Virus record (IMG/VR): IMGVR_UViG_3300043419_002586
DNA from: a virus
DNA length: 64,000 nucleotides
Reading direction: 5' to 3' (one strand)
The stretch's first letter is position 1. Each line of letters opens with the position of its first letter. Positions 1 to 10,496 of this stretch are shown one piece after another. The position numbers and the translations under genes were made by a program. Under the pieces are notes generated by a model that worked only from the letters and a program-made list of their open reading frames with translations, was not told the origin of the DNA and searched no databases.

Positions 1-74
1 CCACTTTCGGGAGCATTCATAATACTCAAAGTTACTTTTGTTTTTAACTGTCTTGGATCTGGGGAAAGGTTCAT
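1..74 (-). CDS. 5' part of a hypothetical protein (MNLSPDPRQLKTKVTLSIMNAPES...), runs off the window edge
   Basis: ATG at 74, frame open to position 1, TATAAT 6 nt upstream (81-86); follows the 3461-aa gene on the same strand. Confidence 0.55.
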   Translation of the reverse strand, partial: MNLSPDPRQLKTKVTLSIMNAPES

Positions 75-109
75 ATTAATATTATAAAAAATAAAAAGGG
101 TTTATACCT

Positions 110-3100
110 TTACCCAGCAACTTGATTGATTGGATAAGCAGTTGGATATTGGGGGTCTATAGAATATCCACCTGGTTTAGTAATTGTAAATGAATATGAT
201 GAAGGCTTAACATTAGAAGCTAAAATTATTGAATGATTTCCACCAGCAGCAATGTCTGATATTCCGGTCACACTCATATTAGGAAGAACAACACCATCAG
301 GAATACCATCTCTTAGATTTATTGAAATAGAACTTGAAATTGACTGGGCATAACCAAGTTGTCCATAATCATTCAAACCATATGGATAAAAAAGATTTTC
401 CGATAAAGCCAAGAATCCAAATTTACCTGTAGAAACTTTTAAGAATTTTTCATTTGGATTTAAGTCTGATGCTAATCCTGCACTAAAATCATACTGAGGC
501 ACTTCACTTGACGAAAAATTATAAAGGTATATTGCATGATCATAAAATAGGTCTTGAGAAGCTGTTATCACCACTAATCTGTTTTCGTAAGTTGAAATAT
601 CATAGGCATATCCCCAACCCCTCAATGTAGATAATCCAGTAAACCAAACTATTTGATTGTCAATATCGTATGAAAGTCCAGATACGAAACCAGAAAAATT
701 GTTAAATCCTACTTCTAATCTAAACGGGTTAAGATAATTTGTGCTTCCAAGTTGTAAATCTGGATTAGGATCAATATTAATTGGAAAGAATCCAGTGTCA
801 ACGATTCCAGTTTTATTCGTGTATCTATGACTACCTGCTACCCAAACTTGCTTATTATCTGTGAAAGCAAGAATATAAGAATTACAAGATACATCCAACA
901 AACCATTATTTGATGTGTAACTTGCCCCACTAAAAGTATTCGCTCTTTCTAATATAGGTTGAAAATTAAATATATTTGTTCTTGGTAATGCTTGTCCAAA
1001 AATTCCATTAATATTAGAACCACAAACCAACAAGACTCTTTTGCTAATTGTTATATCTTCTGCAATTATAGCTGAACAATAGTCTCCAGCAGATACCTTT
1101 AAAACTTTATATTTTGACGCAAGAGGTACTAACGTTAGTGAATTTTGCTGAGTTATATTTGATGGAAATCCAAGTTGTCCATTACTGTTTGAACCACTTG
1201 CATAAAGTTTTCCATCTGCATCAACTACAAAAGTATGATAAAGACCACTTTCTATAATAGTATATTGTTTTGTGTCATCAACTAATTCAAAGCCATATCT
1301 GTTTGACGTATTTGTTCCACTTGCTATTGCCCCATATAATGCTTGTCCAGATGAAAATAATTTGTTAACTAAAGGATTTAAAGCAGCGGAAACTTTCACA
1401 TCAACAGAATATCTATTTCCTAAATTTGAACTAGGCGATGATGCTAACTTTTGTGTATCAAAAACAATTAAGCTTACTGTAAATATTCCTTCTGTATTGA
1501 ATTGATTTACAAAAGTAGAATTGTATCCTGACTTTACACCATCAATTGACCATTCATATGTAATATTTGATCCATCTTCAGAGTCATAAGAATTAGTACC
1601 ATCAAAAGTATAACTGTCTCCAACTTTTAATTCGATGTACCCCGTAACAGATGGTTCGTTTCCAAGTATTGCAATTGGGTTTTGATTAATTGGTGGTGGT
1701 GCAGGATCTTGAAACACAAATATTGTTTTATTTACTGGATCAGACTCTAAGCCTAAATTATCAAAAACACTCAAGGTTATTGTATGATTACCTACACTAT
1801 CAAACGATGTTTCAAATGTTGAGGTGTTAGAATTTTGATCAATTCCGTCCTTGAGCCATTTATAACCACTTATAAATTGATTTAAGTCAGGGTCATAACT
1901 TCCAGAAGCAGTAAAAACTATTGAAGTATTTATTCTCAAAGAAACTATACTAGATGGCAAAGTATCTAAAAGTGCCACAGGTTTACTGTTTTTAACAATG
2001 TAGTCAAGGTATGCAGTATTTGTTGCAGCTAAATTATCTGTAACCTTAAGAGCAACTTTGTAAGTGCCTGGATTTGAATAAGTGGTAGCTGCAATTATTT
2101 GATCTGAAGTATTACCATTACCAAAATCCCAAGCATATACAAGTGGGCCGTTTATATTGTCAGGATCGTAACTTCCTGCAGCTGAAAATGTAACTGAAAT
2201 TGGAGCAAAACTTGTATTAGATGGAGGATTGGCTGATATAACTGCAACTGGTGGCTCATTTGGTGTATTTACCTTGACACCAATATTTGCTAAATCACTA
2301 AAAGCACCATCATCATCTTGAACTCTAAGTGTTACAGAGTATGGAACAAATCTTGCTGTGTCAAAAGTATAAGTAAAAGATTTGGTTTTGAAAGGAGTGC
2401 CAAGCAATCCATTTATATACCATTCATAGTTTACTACTGTTCCATCAAGATCATAAGAATTTGAATCGAATGTGACTGTGAATGGTGCAATACCAGTGAT
2501 TACATTATTTATAGGTGAACTACTTGTTGATATTACAGCAAATGGTTTTCTGTTATTTATTCTTACGATTTGAGATGTTGTATTGAATAACCCCAAATTA
2601 TCATAAACAGTAAGAGATACGGTGTAATCCTTATTGCCCTTGTTATATGATTTAATTGGATTTTTTTGTAATGGATCAGTTGTTGTAAAACTTGTTCCGT
2701 CACCATAATCCCAAGACCATCTTATCAAAGCATTTTCTGGATCACTAGAATTGTCTATAAAAGCAATAGAATCAAAGGTATTGGCATTTATTGGATTATA
2801 TGAAAAACTTGCGACAGGAGGTTGGTTATTTATTGTTATAGTCTGAACTGATCTTGCAGTTTCTAAACTAACACCATTTCGATTATCTGTAACTATTAGT
2901 TTTGAAGTAAAATTTCCTACAGATTTGTAAACGTGAGAAAAAGATGCAGGATTTACAAATTGTGTAGAAGATCCATCTCCAAAATCTATTTGATATAAAA
3001 TAATAGAACCATCTGGATCTCTTGAGTCTGATACGTTAAAAATAAATGTATCATTTATCACACCAAAATTTTTATCCACTGTAAGAATTGCAAGTGGAAG

Positions 3101-6100
3101 TATATTGTCAGGAGGAGTTACAATCACTGTAACGTTTGCAGTGTCAGTAGATCCAAAATCATCAGTTACTGTAAGGGACACTACATACGTACCTTCTGTA
3201 GTGAAATTGATTGTTGCATTAGGTGTTGATGAAACAACGGAACCAGCAACACTCCAATTATAAGAAACAATAATTCCATCTTCGTCTGTAGAAGTGTCAC
3301 CATTAAGTATTAAACTACCTGGCGCTTTAACAGTCAAAGTTGTATAGGTTATTCTAGCTATTGGGCTTCTGTTAGTGACATTTATTATCAAATTAGCTAT
3401 AGAAGTGTCTCCTATATTATCAGTTACAGTTAATTGAGCTTGATATGTTCCTGGTCTAGAATATGTATGAGATTCAGTTGTTCTTCCTTGAGATATAATT
3501 GTTCCATCGCCAAAATTCCAAGCATACTTTGTAATAATTCCATCAGAATCATAAGAAGTATTTCCAAAGAAATTTATTTGATTTTTGGACAGTACTGAAT
3601 TTGGAAAAGCTGAAAATATTGCAACTGGAGGATTGTTCTTAATTACGATATCTAAGAAATATGTGTTTGACAAGTTACCATCATCAGTAACAGTTAATTT
3701 GACTGGATATGTTCCTGATCTTGTGAAAGTATGAGCAACAGTTTTTTGATATGTTTGCGAATTGTAAAAAATAGTATTGCCAGTTTCGAATTCCCACAAC
3801 CAACTTACTATTTTTCCATCAGAGTCCGTAGATTCATCTGTAAATATAATTGAAGCTGGAGCTGAAATATTATTTGCATTTACAGTAAATAATGCTATTG
3901 GAGGCTGATTAGCTGGTGGTGGTTCAACAACAAACTGAATAGATGATGTTGTAGTTTTTTTATCTGTTCCATCAGGTAAACCATCATCAGTTACTGTAAG
4001 AGAAACTGTATATGTCCCTGGAAATAAGTAAGTATTTGTTGGATTCTTTAAGTTTGAATCTGTTGTCGTAAATGTATTACCATCACCAAAATTCCAATTC
4101 CACTGAGTGATAAAACCATCAGGGTCAGAAGATGTTTCTGTAAATTTACCAATAAGAGGTTTGAAATTTGTTTGTGTACCTGTAATATTAGAAATTATTG
4201 GTGAAATATTTACTAATGGTACTACAACAACATTTTTAGTTATTGAACTAGATTTACCAGAATTGTCAGTAACAGTAAGTGTAACTTGATATGTGCCAGA
4301 TGATAAATAAGTATGAGATGGATTCTGAACAGTATTAGTAGAATTATCACCAAAATTCCAAATCCAGGAAGATATTACTCCATCTGTGTCTGATGATGTA
4401 TCTGTAAAATCAATAATTAATTTTCTATTTTGTTGTGAAAATAAAAAATTTGCTATTGGTGGATTGTTTCCTGGTGGGTCAACTGTGACTCTTATTGAAG
4501 CTGATGCTTTTAAACCTCCAGAGTCAGTCACAGTAAGAACTACTAAATATGTACCAGGAAATGCATAAATATGTTCTGGATTTTGAACTTCAGCTGTTTG
4601 ATTATCTCCAAAATTCCAGTTCCAAGCAACTATTGGCCCTTCGTCGTCACTGGAACTATCAGTAAACTGAACTTTTAATGTTGGTGAAAATGATGTTTGC
4701 GCCCACTTAAAATTTGGTGATGGCGGATTATTGACTGTCCCATTTACATTTATAACAGGACCAAAAAATTTGCTTGATAAACGAGCTAAATTATCCTTTA
4801 CAAAAAGGGTTGGAGTAAATGAGCCTGCTCTTCTGTAATCGTGAGTAAATGACGAATTATCAAACTTTATAGCAGTTTCACCATCGCCAAAGTCCCATTC
4901 ATATGTCTGTATAAAAGATCCATCATTTGCTGGGTTAGATTGATCTGTAAATGATACAGTTAGTATTACGTCTCCAGAAGTTGGCGTTGCAGAAAATTTA
5001 GCTTGTGGTGAAAGATTATTTACTGGCGCTGGATTTACAGTTATTACAATTGTTGCTGGTACACTACTTATTCCATTTGCATTTGTAGCAATCAAAGTTA
5101 CCTTAAAATCAATTGGACTTGTTGTATTGTTAACAAAAGTATGCGTTGGATTTTCTTCAGTAGATTGAGTTTCATCTCCAAAATTCCAGGCATATGTAAT
5201 AGTACTTCCTCCTGGATCATAAGAATTAGTAGATAAAAAGCTCACAAATAATGCTGATTGTCCATTAGTTGGATTAGCTTGAATATCAGCAATAGGAGTT
5301 GTGTCTTTTATATTAGATCCAGAATCATTTACACATTCTATATCAAACTTTCTAGTGCCTAATATTTTTGAATAAGGATGAAATAATACTGCTTCTATAT
5401 TACATTTACCAGTGTCAAAAGCAACAAATACTTTTCCATCATAATCTTGTTTTTTACAAGTAATCAAAGCTGGTCTTTGTCTGGGAACCTCAGCATTTAA
5501 TTCACTATTAGAATCAAAATACTTAACAATATTTCTTCTATTACTTAATTCTGAAACTAAAGCTTCATCTAATTTACCTTTTATTAAGTGCAATTTATCT
5601 GATCTTTTTTGTCCCAAATTGCTTGATGAAAGAGCGTATTCAAAATAATATATTCCTCCATTACACCAAAAAACTGATCTGTGTAACCCTAACTTTTCAT
5701 CGTAATCAGAAGTCAAGCCATAAATATTATATTGATCAGAAAGAGTGTTTCCAGTAAGTTCATCTAAATCAAAAAGTGTATTTTTATTCTGTGCTTCATA
5801 ATTTGAAATAATCTTGAAATTAATTTTTCTTGGTGACGAATTCAAAGAATAAGCAACAATATAATCTCTTGAGGAAATTTGAGCTACTGTAGGAAATGAT
5901 GAATATGCTGTACCAGATGAAGTAATTGGTTCTATCAGTCTAAAATCAGAAATGTAAGTAGGAGCAATACCATCAATAAAAATTGTTTTATCAGTTATAG
6001 GTGCATTTATATTTGTAGTACTTAATTGAATTGATCTAAAAACAATTGCTCCAGGATCAGCGTATCCAACATTAAATAATTGAGGAGCCTGATCAGAAAC

Positions 6101-9100
6101 CACATAAGAATTGTATTTTGTTCCCTTGAAAGCTTTCGATAAAGTAGAAAAATTTGCATCTATCTTGGATTGTCCATCGATAAATGGATGCCAAGAAAAT
6201 TTATTTCTCATATCTGTATTTGCTGCGATAAGAGATTCGTAATCGTGAGAACTTCTTGCTTTAGTATTTGAATTTCGTTCTGTAAGTAAAAATGTATTTA
6301 CTTTTGTTCTTTGATTAAGTTGTGTTTCAGAACTTAACAAAAATGGAAATTCACCCTTGATAGTTACTCCACTTCCTGTTGTAGAATTATAACCTACCGG
6401 GTATTTTTCATATTGTTGTGTGAAAAATGAATCAGTGGAAATGATTACTGTTTGATTTTCTTCACCAGGTTTTGTTGAAGGTACAGTGTAAGCAATTACT
6501 ATAGATTTTTCAAACCCTGATTCACAAGCTGAAAGATTTGTAGCAATATTTTGTTTTCCACCTTTGTAAGCTGCTCTTTCTCTTTTAGCTTGTGAAAAGT
6601 TTCGAGTAGAACTTCTAAAGTCTGACGGAATTTCAAAATTTTTAGACTTTTCCAATTCAATGTAATGATCAACTTTATTTTTTGCATAAACAGATCCAGT
6701 TTCGAAATATCCCTTATTATCGGATTCTGATGAACCTTTATTTTCTCTTGTAGATGCTTCAATCAAGTTTGCTTTTCTTAAGTTGTCTGGTGTACTTTTT
6801 TGAGGTGGCAAGATAAGCCCGTATCCAGGTCCTCTTGCAATCAAACCACCTCTCAAATGCAATGTGGACTCTTGAACTGTTCCATCTTGATTTCTTAATG
6901 AACTGTTTCCAAATAAGTCTGGTTTTCCTGGTGGAAAATTTCCATTTATTCTGTGAAATATAGTTTGTGCTAGAATTGTTTGTAATTCATTAAAAGAAAC
7001 ATTAATTGCATTAATATAAGATGTGCCTGATCCACTATTTTTACCACTTGGAACGGCTAAAATTCCATTCCCATACACCCAAGTTGCGTATCCAGAATCT
7101 GAGTTTAAATAGTCTGGATCTAATTTGTTTCCATAAATTCTATTACCAGTGATTGGATCTACAGGATAACTCTTATCAATTTTTTTTGCTTTCCAACCAG
7201 GATGTCTAATAATATTTGCTTGAGAATTGTTAGGATCTAACCATCTTGGATTAACATATGAATCAACTTTAGAAATTTCATCACATAATCCAGAAATAGA
7301 TTTAGGAAATAAAGTCCAAGTGTTGATGTTAGGCGTGATGGTGTTTTGCCAACTTATATCACCCTCTTCTTCATCTCTGCCGTCAGTGTTTTGTTGCCAA
7401 AATCTTCTAGTGTAATAAAAATTTTCTGAAACACTTGAATTATCAAATTTAGTTTTTTCTTGAAAAGTAGTGTTATTGCCAGATGTAATAAAATTACTAA
7501 GTGAATTATTACGAATTAATTTTACTTGTCCAAGTTCCAATTGTTCATTGTCAAGTTCAATTTTTGTGATTCTTGATATGCCATAGTAGGGACCATTTAA
7601 TGTTTCATCCTCTGGAGCATCATCAATAGCATTCACTTCAGGACCAGTAGGAGCATTTGTTATCAAGCTTGTGTTCAATAAACTATCTGCTGAGAAAGTT
7701 TTTTCTACTAATCTTACTGGTTTAACTGTAATTAATGGTGAATTAGCAGATAAAATGAAATTTTTATTATTTACAAATCTTGGTATGCCATCATAATCAG
7801 GTAGGCTATTTTTATCCAATTTAGCATATTCCAAGCTTGCTCTGTAAAAATTTTGATAATTTTCTATTTTATTAAACTTAACAACTATGCTAGTAAACTT
7901 ATCATCTGTAGCTCCATCCAAAAATTTCAACTTGATTGTAGATCCCATTGAAAATTTACTATTAGCATTAAAATCAGAAGGAATTTGTATAGTGAAATAA
8001 GCTTTGCCAGTGTTGGCTATATCATTAACATAATCAATAATTTTATATGATTTTATTAAATTTTTGGCTTTATCTTCAACTTCAATACCGTTATAAGGAT
8101 TTATTTGATTATTTTCATATGATGGTATCGGATTTATATATATAACTCCAGAACCATCCGCAAAATCAAATGTTGTTTTAGAAACTACTTCCGAGATATC
8201 TGGCAAACCTGGATCAAAATCATAAACTTCAAATTCATCAGGATAAGTTCCATCGTTACTACGATTTAATAATTCATCAATTGTTTTGCCATTTGTAAGG
8301 TCATTATTTACTATATAAATAAATAATTCTTTACGAGATATATCTTGAATCTCGCCATTCCAAGGTTTTGCTAACTTTATTCTGCCATTATTAACTCTTG
8401 GTTTGCCAAATATTATATTTGTACCAATTCCTGTTTTTGGAAATGCACTTGTATTTACCTCAAAATAATCTACTGCATTATCTTTAGAATCAGTAATATA
8501 AATAATACCAGAACTTTTTATTTTTTGTTTTATTTCATCTGTAATCCAATTAGATGATTCATTATCTTTGTTTGGTTTTGTAATGAAAAAATTATCTTTT
8601 GGAGAATTTTCTTTTGCTAGGTAACCAAAAGGATTTGCGGATTTTGGTTTTGATGTTGTGTAAGTGTTGAGTCTTGGATATGGAGAATCTTGATTGTCAA
8701 CAAAATCTATTTTATTAGATGGATTACACAAATCAATTCTTAATGTTTTGAACGATGATGAATCTGTTGATATGTTGAAAGTTTTTATAGATTCATTAGT
8801 AGAATTAGATTGCAATGTTGGACCTTTTGCAGTTTCAGTAATTGACAAATTACCACTTTGCAGCTGTCCTAATGATTTTAATTGAATTTCTAGGTATCTA
8901 TAACCAGAAAGATTTTGATCTCCATAATAATGTGGTTCGTTTGCGTTTCCATTATAAAATCTTTTATTTCCAGTGCCTTCAATGATGAATTCTTTATCTT
9001 GAATCAAAGACATAGAATTAAATTTCCAACCTCTTAAGGGTAATGGCACTGACCCTGGAAAATCATATTTATCTAATGTTAATTCTCTATTGGTTTCATT

Positions 9101-10495
9101 TATATCATAACAGCCATTTGTTGATCTTACAAACTTTGCAGGAAAATCATAGTTCTTAGGAGGGCTTTCTAAATCATCTAATGGTTCTTTGGATTTTATT
9201 GTGTCAACCAAACCAAAAATCCATTTTTGTTGATTATTAAAGTCCAATGATTTTGAAGTAGCAGACAATCCATCAGCTTCTCTAACTTCAATAAATCCGT
9301 AATAATTTCTATAAGTTTGCTCAATTAAGCCAACATTACCAGAGTTTGTTGATACAGTTGCATAAGTTGGTAATGCAACTGCTCTTTTTGAATTTCTAAA
9401 TATCTTTTTATTCTTACCATCAGAGTTAAATCCAATAACATAAGCTGTCAAGGGGTCTGTGTGTACGCTGTTCCAATCTAAAATTTTTGATTCAAATGTG
9501 ACTTTTCTAGGAGCATCAGACTTTAAGGATATTCTGGCTGTACACTTTGGATCATCAGTTCTAGTGGCACCAGGAAAAGGTTGCAAATAATAATTTTGAG
9601 TGTCAGCCTGAGCGTGATCTTTTCTAACAAAGTCTGGATCACCAGCATCAACAGGGACGTTGCTAGAAATACTTACATATCCTGAATTAGAACTAGTTGT
9701 AGTCCAAGCGTTAATGAACTTCTCATCTTCAATTTCAATATCAAGTTGTGAAGGTGCAGGAATTTCAAAACTCTTACTAAATGTTGTTACTTGCCCTTTT
9801 GGATTTGTAAATTTTAACTTCAAACCAACATATGATTTTGATTTAGGATCTATAGCTTCGTACCAATTTAAACTAGTATACTTTGGCCATTGTCTAACAG
9901 TATCTTTTGTAAGTTCTTTGTTTTTCCAATATTCATCTTCATTATCTGGACAAACAGGAGAGCCTATAAAATAATTTTCAGATGGATAATATTCATCAAT
10001 ATCAACAAATTCATTTGTTCCTAATCCGACAAAAAATTCACCCTCTATTGAACCTGATAATGTTTTATCTGGCTTTACATTTGGATCATAAGGTTCAGTA
10101 TAAAGGATTATTGTTTCAGAATACTCCTTGTAAACAATATCATTTGCTATTAATGAACCAGGAGATTGAATGAAAAAAGTCACTGGTATCTTGAGAACAT
10201 ATCTTCCACCATCTATAAAATTGCCAAAATTATACAAACCCCCTTGGTCAGGCCAAGGATGGTTTTCAGGTTTTGCTTCAGGACCTGTAGATGTTGAAGG
10301 TTTTTCACCAACATACAAAGAGCAAGAAACACTTTTGAGCTTAAAAACTGGGTAAGCGCCTGCACTAACACTTTGACGAACTCCAGTGCCTCTACTTGAT
10401 ATTAAATCGCCAGAAACTATATTTACCTGGTAATCAAACTTGAACTTACCTGTGTATTGCAAGTTACTAGATCTATCAATTTTATAGGTGGCCAT
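110..10495 (-). CDS. Giant virion protein (tail tip/fibre or adhesin) with 14 tandem PKD/Ig-like repeats and a C-terminal RCC1-like beta-propeller
   Basis: 3461-aa ORF; repeated NxxPxA...SxDxDG.I..[WY].W.FGDG...H.Y..PGTY.V.LTVTD units; C-terminal RCC1-type motifs (SGLYHTF..DADGKLYASGSNSNGQLG, GLNDYGQLG, IAAGGNHS). Confidence 0.8.
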   Translation of the reverse strand: MATYKIDRSSNLQYTGKFKFDYQVNIVSGDLISSRGTGVRQSVSAGAYPVFKLKSVSCSLYVGEKPSTSTGPEAKPENHPWPDQGGLYNFGNFIDGGRYVLKIPVTFFIQSPGSLIANDIVYKEYSETIILYTEPYDPNVKPDKTLSGSIEGEFFVGLGTNEFVDIDEYYPSENYFIGSPVCPDNEDEYWKNKELTKDTVRQWPKYTSLNWYEAIDPKSKSYVGLKLKFTNPKGQVTTFSKSFEIPAPSQLDIEIEDEKFINAWTTTSSNSGYVSISSNVPVDAGDPDFVRKDHAQADTQNYYLQPFPGATRTDDPKCTARISLKSDAPRKVTFESKILDWNSVHTDPLTAYVIGFNSDGKNKKIFRNSKRAVALPTYATVSTNSGNVGLIEQTYRNYYGFIEVREADGLSATSKSLDFNNQQKWIFGLVDTIKSKEPLDDLESPPKNYDFPAKFVRSTNGCYDINETNRELTLDKYDFPGSVPLPLRGWKFNSMSLIQDKEFIIEGTGNKRFYNGNANEPHYYGDQNLSGYRYLEIQLKSLGQLQSGNLSITETAKGPTLQSNSTNESIKTFNISTDSSSFKTLRIDLCNPSNKIDFVDNQDSPYPRLNTYTTSKPKSANPFGYLAKENSPKDNFFITKPNKDNESSNWITDEIKQKIKSSGIIYITDSKDNAVDYFEVNTSAFPKTGIGTNIIFGKPRVNNGRIKLAKPWNGEIQDISRKELFIYIVNNDLTNGKTIDELLNRSNDGTYPDEFEVYDFDPGLPDISEVVSKTTFDFADGSGVIYINPIPSYENNQINPYNGIEVEDKAKNLIKSYKIIDYVNDIANTGKAYFTIQIPSDFNANSKFSMGSTIKLKFLDGATDDKFTSIVVKFNKIENYQNFYRASLEYAKLDKNSLPDYDGIPRFVNNKNFILSANSPLITVKPVRLVEKTFSADSLLNTSLITNAPTGPEVNAIDDAPEDETLNGPYYGISRITKIELDNEQLELGQVKLIRNNSLSNFITSGNNTTFQEKTKFDNSSVSENFYYTRRFWQQNTDGRDEEEGDISWQNTITPNINTWTLFPKSISGLCDEISKVDSYVNPRWLDPNNSQANIIRHPGWKAKKIDKSYPVDPITGNRIYGNKLDPDYLNSDSGYATWVYGNGILAVPSGKNSGSGTSYINAINVSFNELQTILAQTIFHRINGNFPPGKPDLFGNSSLRNQDGTVQESTLHLRGGLIARGPGYGLILPPQKSTPDNLRKANLIEASTRENKGSSESDNKGYFETGSVYAKNKVDHYIELEKSKNFEIPSDFRSSTRNFSQAKRERAAYKGGKQNIATNLSACESGFEKSIVIAYTVPSTKPGEENQTVIISTDSFFTQQYEKYPVGYNSTTGSGVTIKGEFPFLLSSETQLNQRTKVNTFLLTERNSNTKARSSHDYESLIAANTDMRNKFSWHPFIDGQSKIDANFSTLSKAFKGTKYNSYVVSDQAPQLFNVGYADPGAIVFRSIQLSTTNINAPITDKTIFIDGIAPTYISDFRLIEPITSSGTAYSSFPTVAQISSRDYIVAYSLNSSPRKINFKIISNYEAQNKNTLFDLDELTGNTLSDQYNIYGLTSDYDEKLGLHRSVFWCNGGIYYFEYALSSSNLGQKRSDKLHLIKGKLDEALVSELSNRRNIVKYFDSNSELNAEVPRQRPALITCKKQDYDGKVFVAFDTGKCNIEAVLFHPYSKILGTRKFDIECVNDSGSNIKDTTPIADIQANPTNGQSALFVSFLSTNSYDPGGSTITYAWNFGDETQSTEENPTHTFVNNTTSPIDFKVTLIATNANGISSVPATIVITVNPAPVNNLSPQAKFSATPTSGDVILTVSFTDQSNPANDGSFIQTYEWDFGDGETAIKFDNSSFTHDYRRAGSFTPTLFVKDNLARLSSKFFGPVINVNGTVNNPPSPNFKWAQTSFSPTLKVQFTDSSSDDEGPIVAWNWNFGDNQTAEVQNPEHIYAFPGTYLVVLTVTDSGGLKASASIRVTVDPPGNNPPIANFLFSQQNRKLIIDFTDTSSDTDGVISSWIWNFGDNSTNTVQNPSHTYLSSGTYQVTLTVTDNSGKSSSITKNVVVVPLVNISPIISNITGTQTNFKPLIGKFTETSSDPDGFITQWNWNFGDGNTFTTTDSNLKNPTNTYLFPGTYTVSLTVTDDGLPDGTDKKTTTSSIQFVVEPPPANQPPIALFTVNANNISAPASIIFTDESTDSDGKIVSWLWEFETGNTIFYNSQTYQKTVAHTFTRSGTYPVKLTVTDDGNLSNTYFLDIVIKNNPPVAIFSAFPNSVLSKNQINFFGNTSYDSDGIITKYAWNFGDGTIISQGRTTESHTYSRPGTYQAQLTVTDNIGDTSIANLIINVTNRSPIARITYTTLTVKAPGSLILNGDTSTDEDGIIVSYNWSVAGSVVSSTPNATINFTTEGTYVVSLTVTDDFGSTDTANVTVIVTPPDNILPLAILTVDKNFGVINDTFIFNVSDSRDPDGSIILYQIDFGDGSSTQFVNPASFSHVYKSVGNFTSKLIVTDNRNGVSLETARSVQTITINNQPPVASFSYNPINANTFDSIAFIDNSSDPENALIRWSWDYGDGTSFTTTDPLQKNPIKSYNKGNKDYTVSLTVYDNLGLFNTTSQIVRINNRKPFAVISTSSSPINNVITGIAPFTVTFDSNSYDLDGTVVNYEWYINGLLGTPFKTKSFTYTFDTARFVPYSVTLRVQDDDGAFSDLANIGVKVNTPNEPPVAVISANPPSNTSFAPISVTFSAAGSYDPDNINGPLVYAWDFGNGNTSDQIIAATTYSNPGTYKVALKVTDNLAATNTAYLDYIVKNSKPVALLDTLPSSIVSLRINTSIVFTASGSYDPDLNQFISGYKWLKDGIDQNSNTSTFETSFDSVGNHTITLSVFDNLGLESDPVNKTIFVFQDPAPPPINQNPIAILGNEPSVTGYIELKVGDSYTFDGTNSYDSEDGSNITYEWSIDGVKSGYNSTFVNQFNTEGIFTVSLIVFDTQKLASSPSSNLGNRYSVDVKVSAALNPLVNKLFSSGQALYGAIASGTNTSNRYGFELVDDTKQYTIIESGLYHTFVVDADGKLYASGSNSNGQLGFPSNITQQNSLTLVPLASKYKVLKVSAGDYCSAIIAEDITISKRVLLVCGSNINGIFGQALPRTNIFNFQPILERANTFSGASYTSNNGLLDVSCNSYILAFTDNKQVWVAGSHRYTNKTGIVDTGFFPINIDPNPDLQLGSTNYLNPFRLEVGFNNFSGFVSGLSYDIDNQIVWFTGLSTLRGWGYAYDISTYENRLVVITASQDLFYDHAIYLYNFSSSEVPQYDFSAGLASDLNPNEKFLKVSTGKFGFLALSENLFYPYGLNDYGQLGYAQSISSSISINLRDGIPDGVVLPNMSVTGISDIAAGGNHSIILASNVKPSSYSFTITKPGGYSIDPQYPTAYPINQVAG
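1390..5305 (-). repeat. Coding tandem array of 14 PKD domains (~90 aa each)
   Basis: 14 units counted in the translation from DTTPIADIQANP to YSVDVKV; boundaries approximate. Confidence 0.8.
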
Positions 10496-10496
10496 T

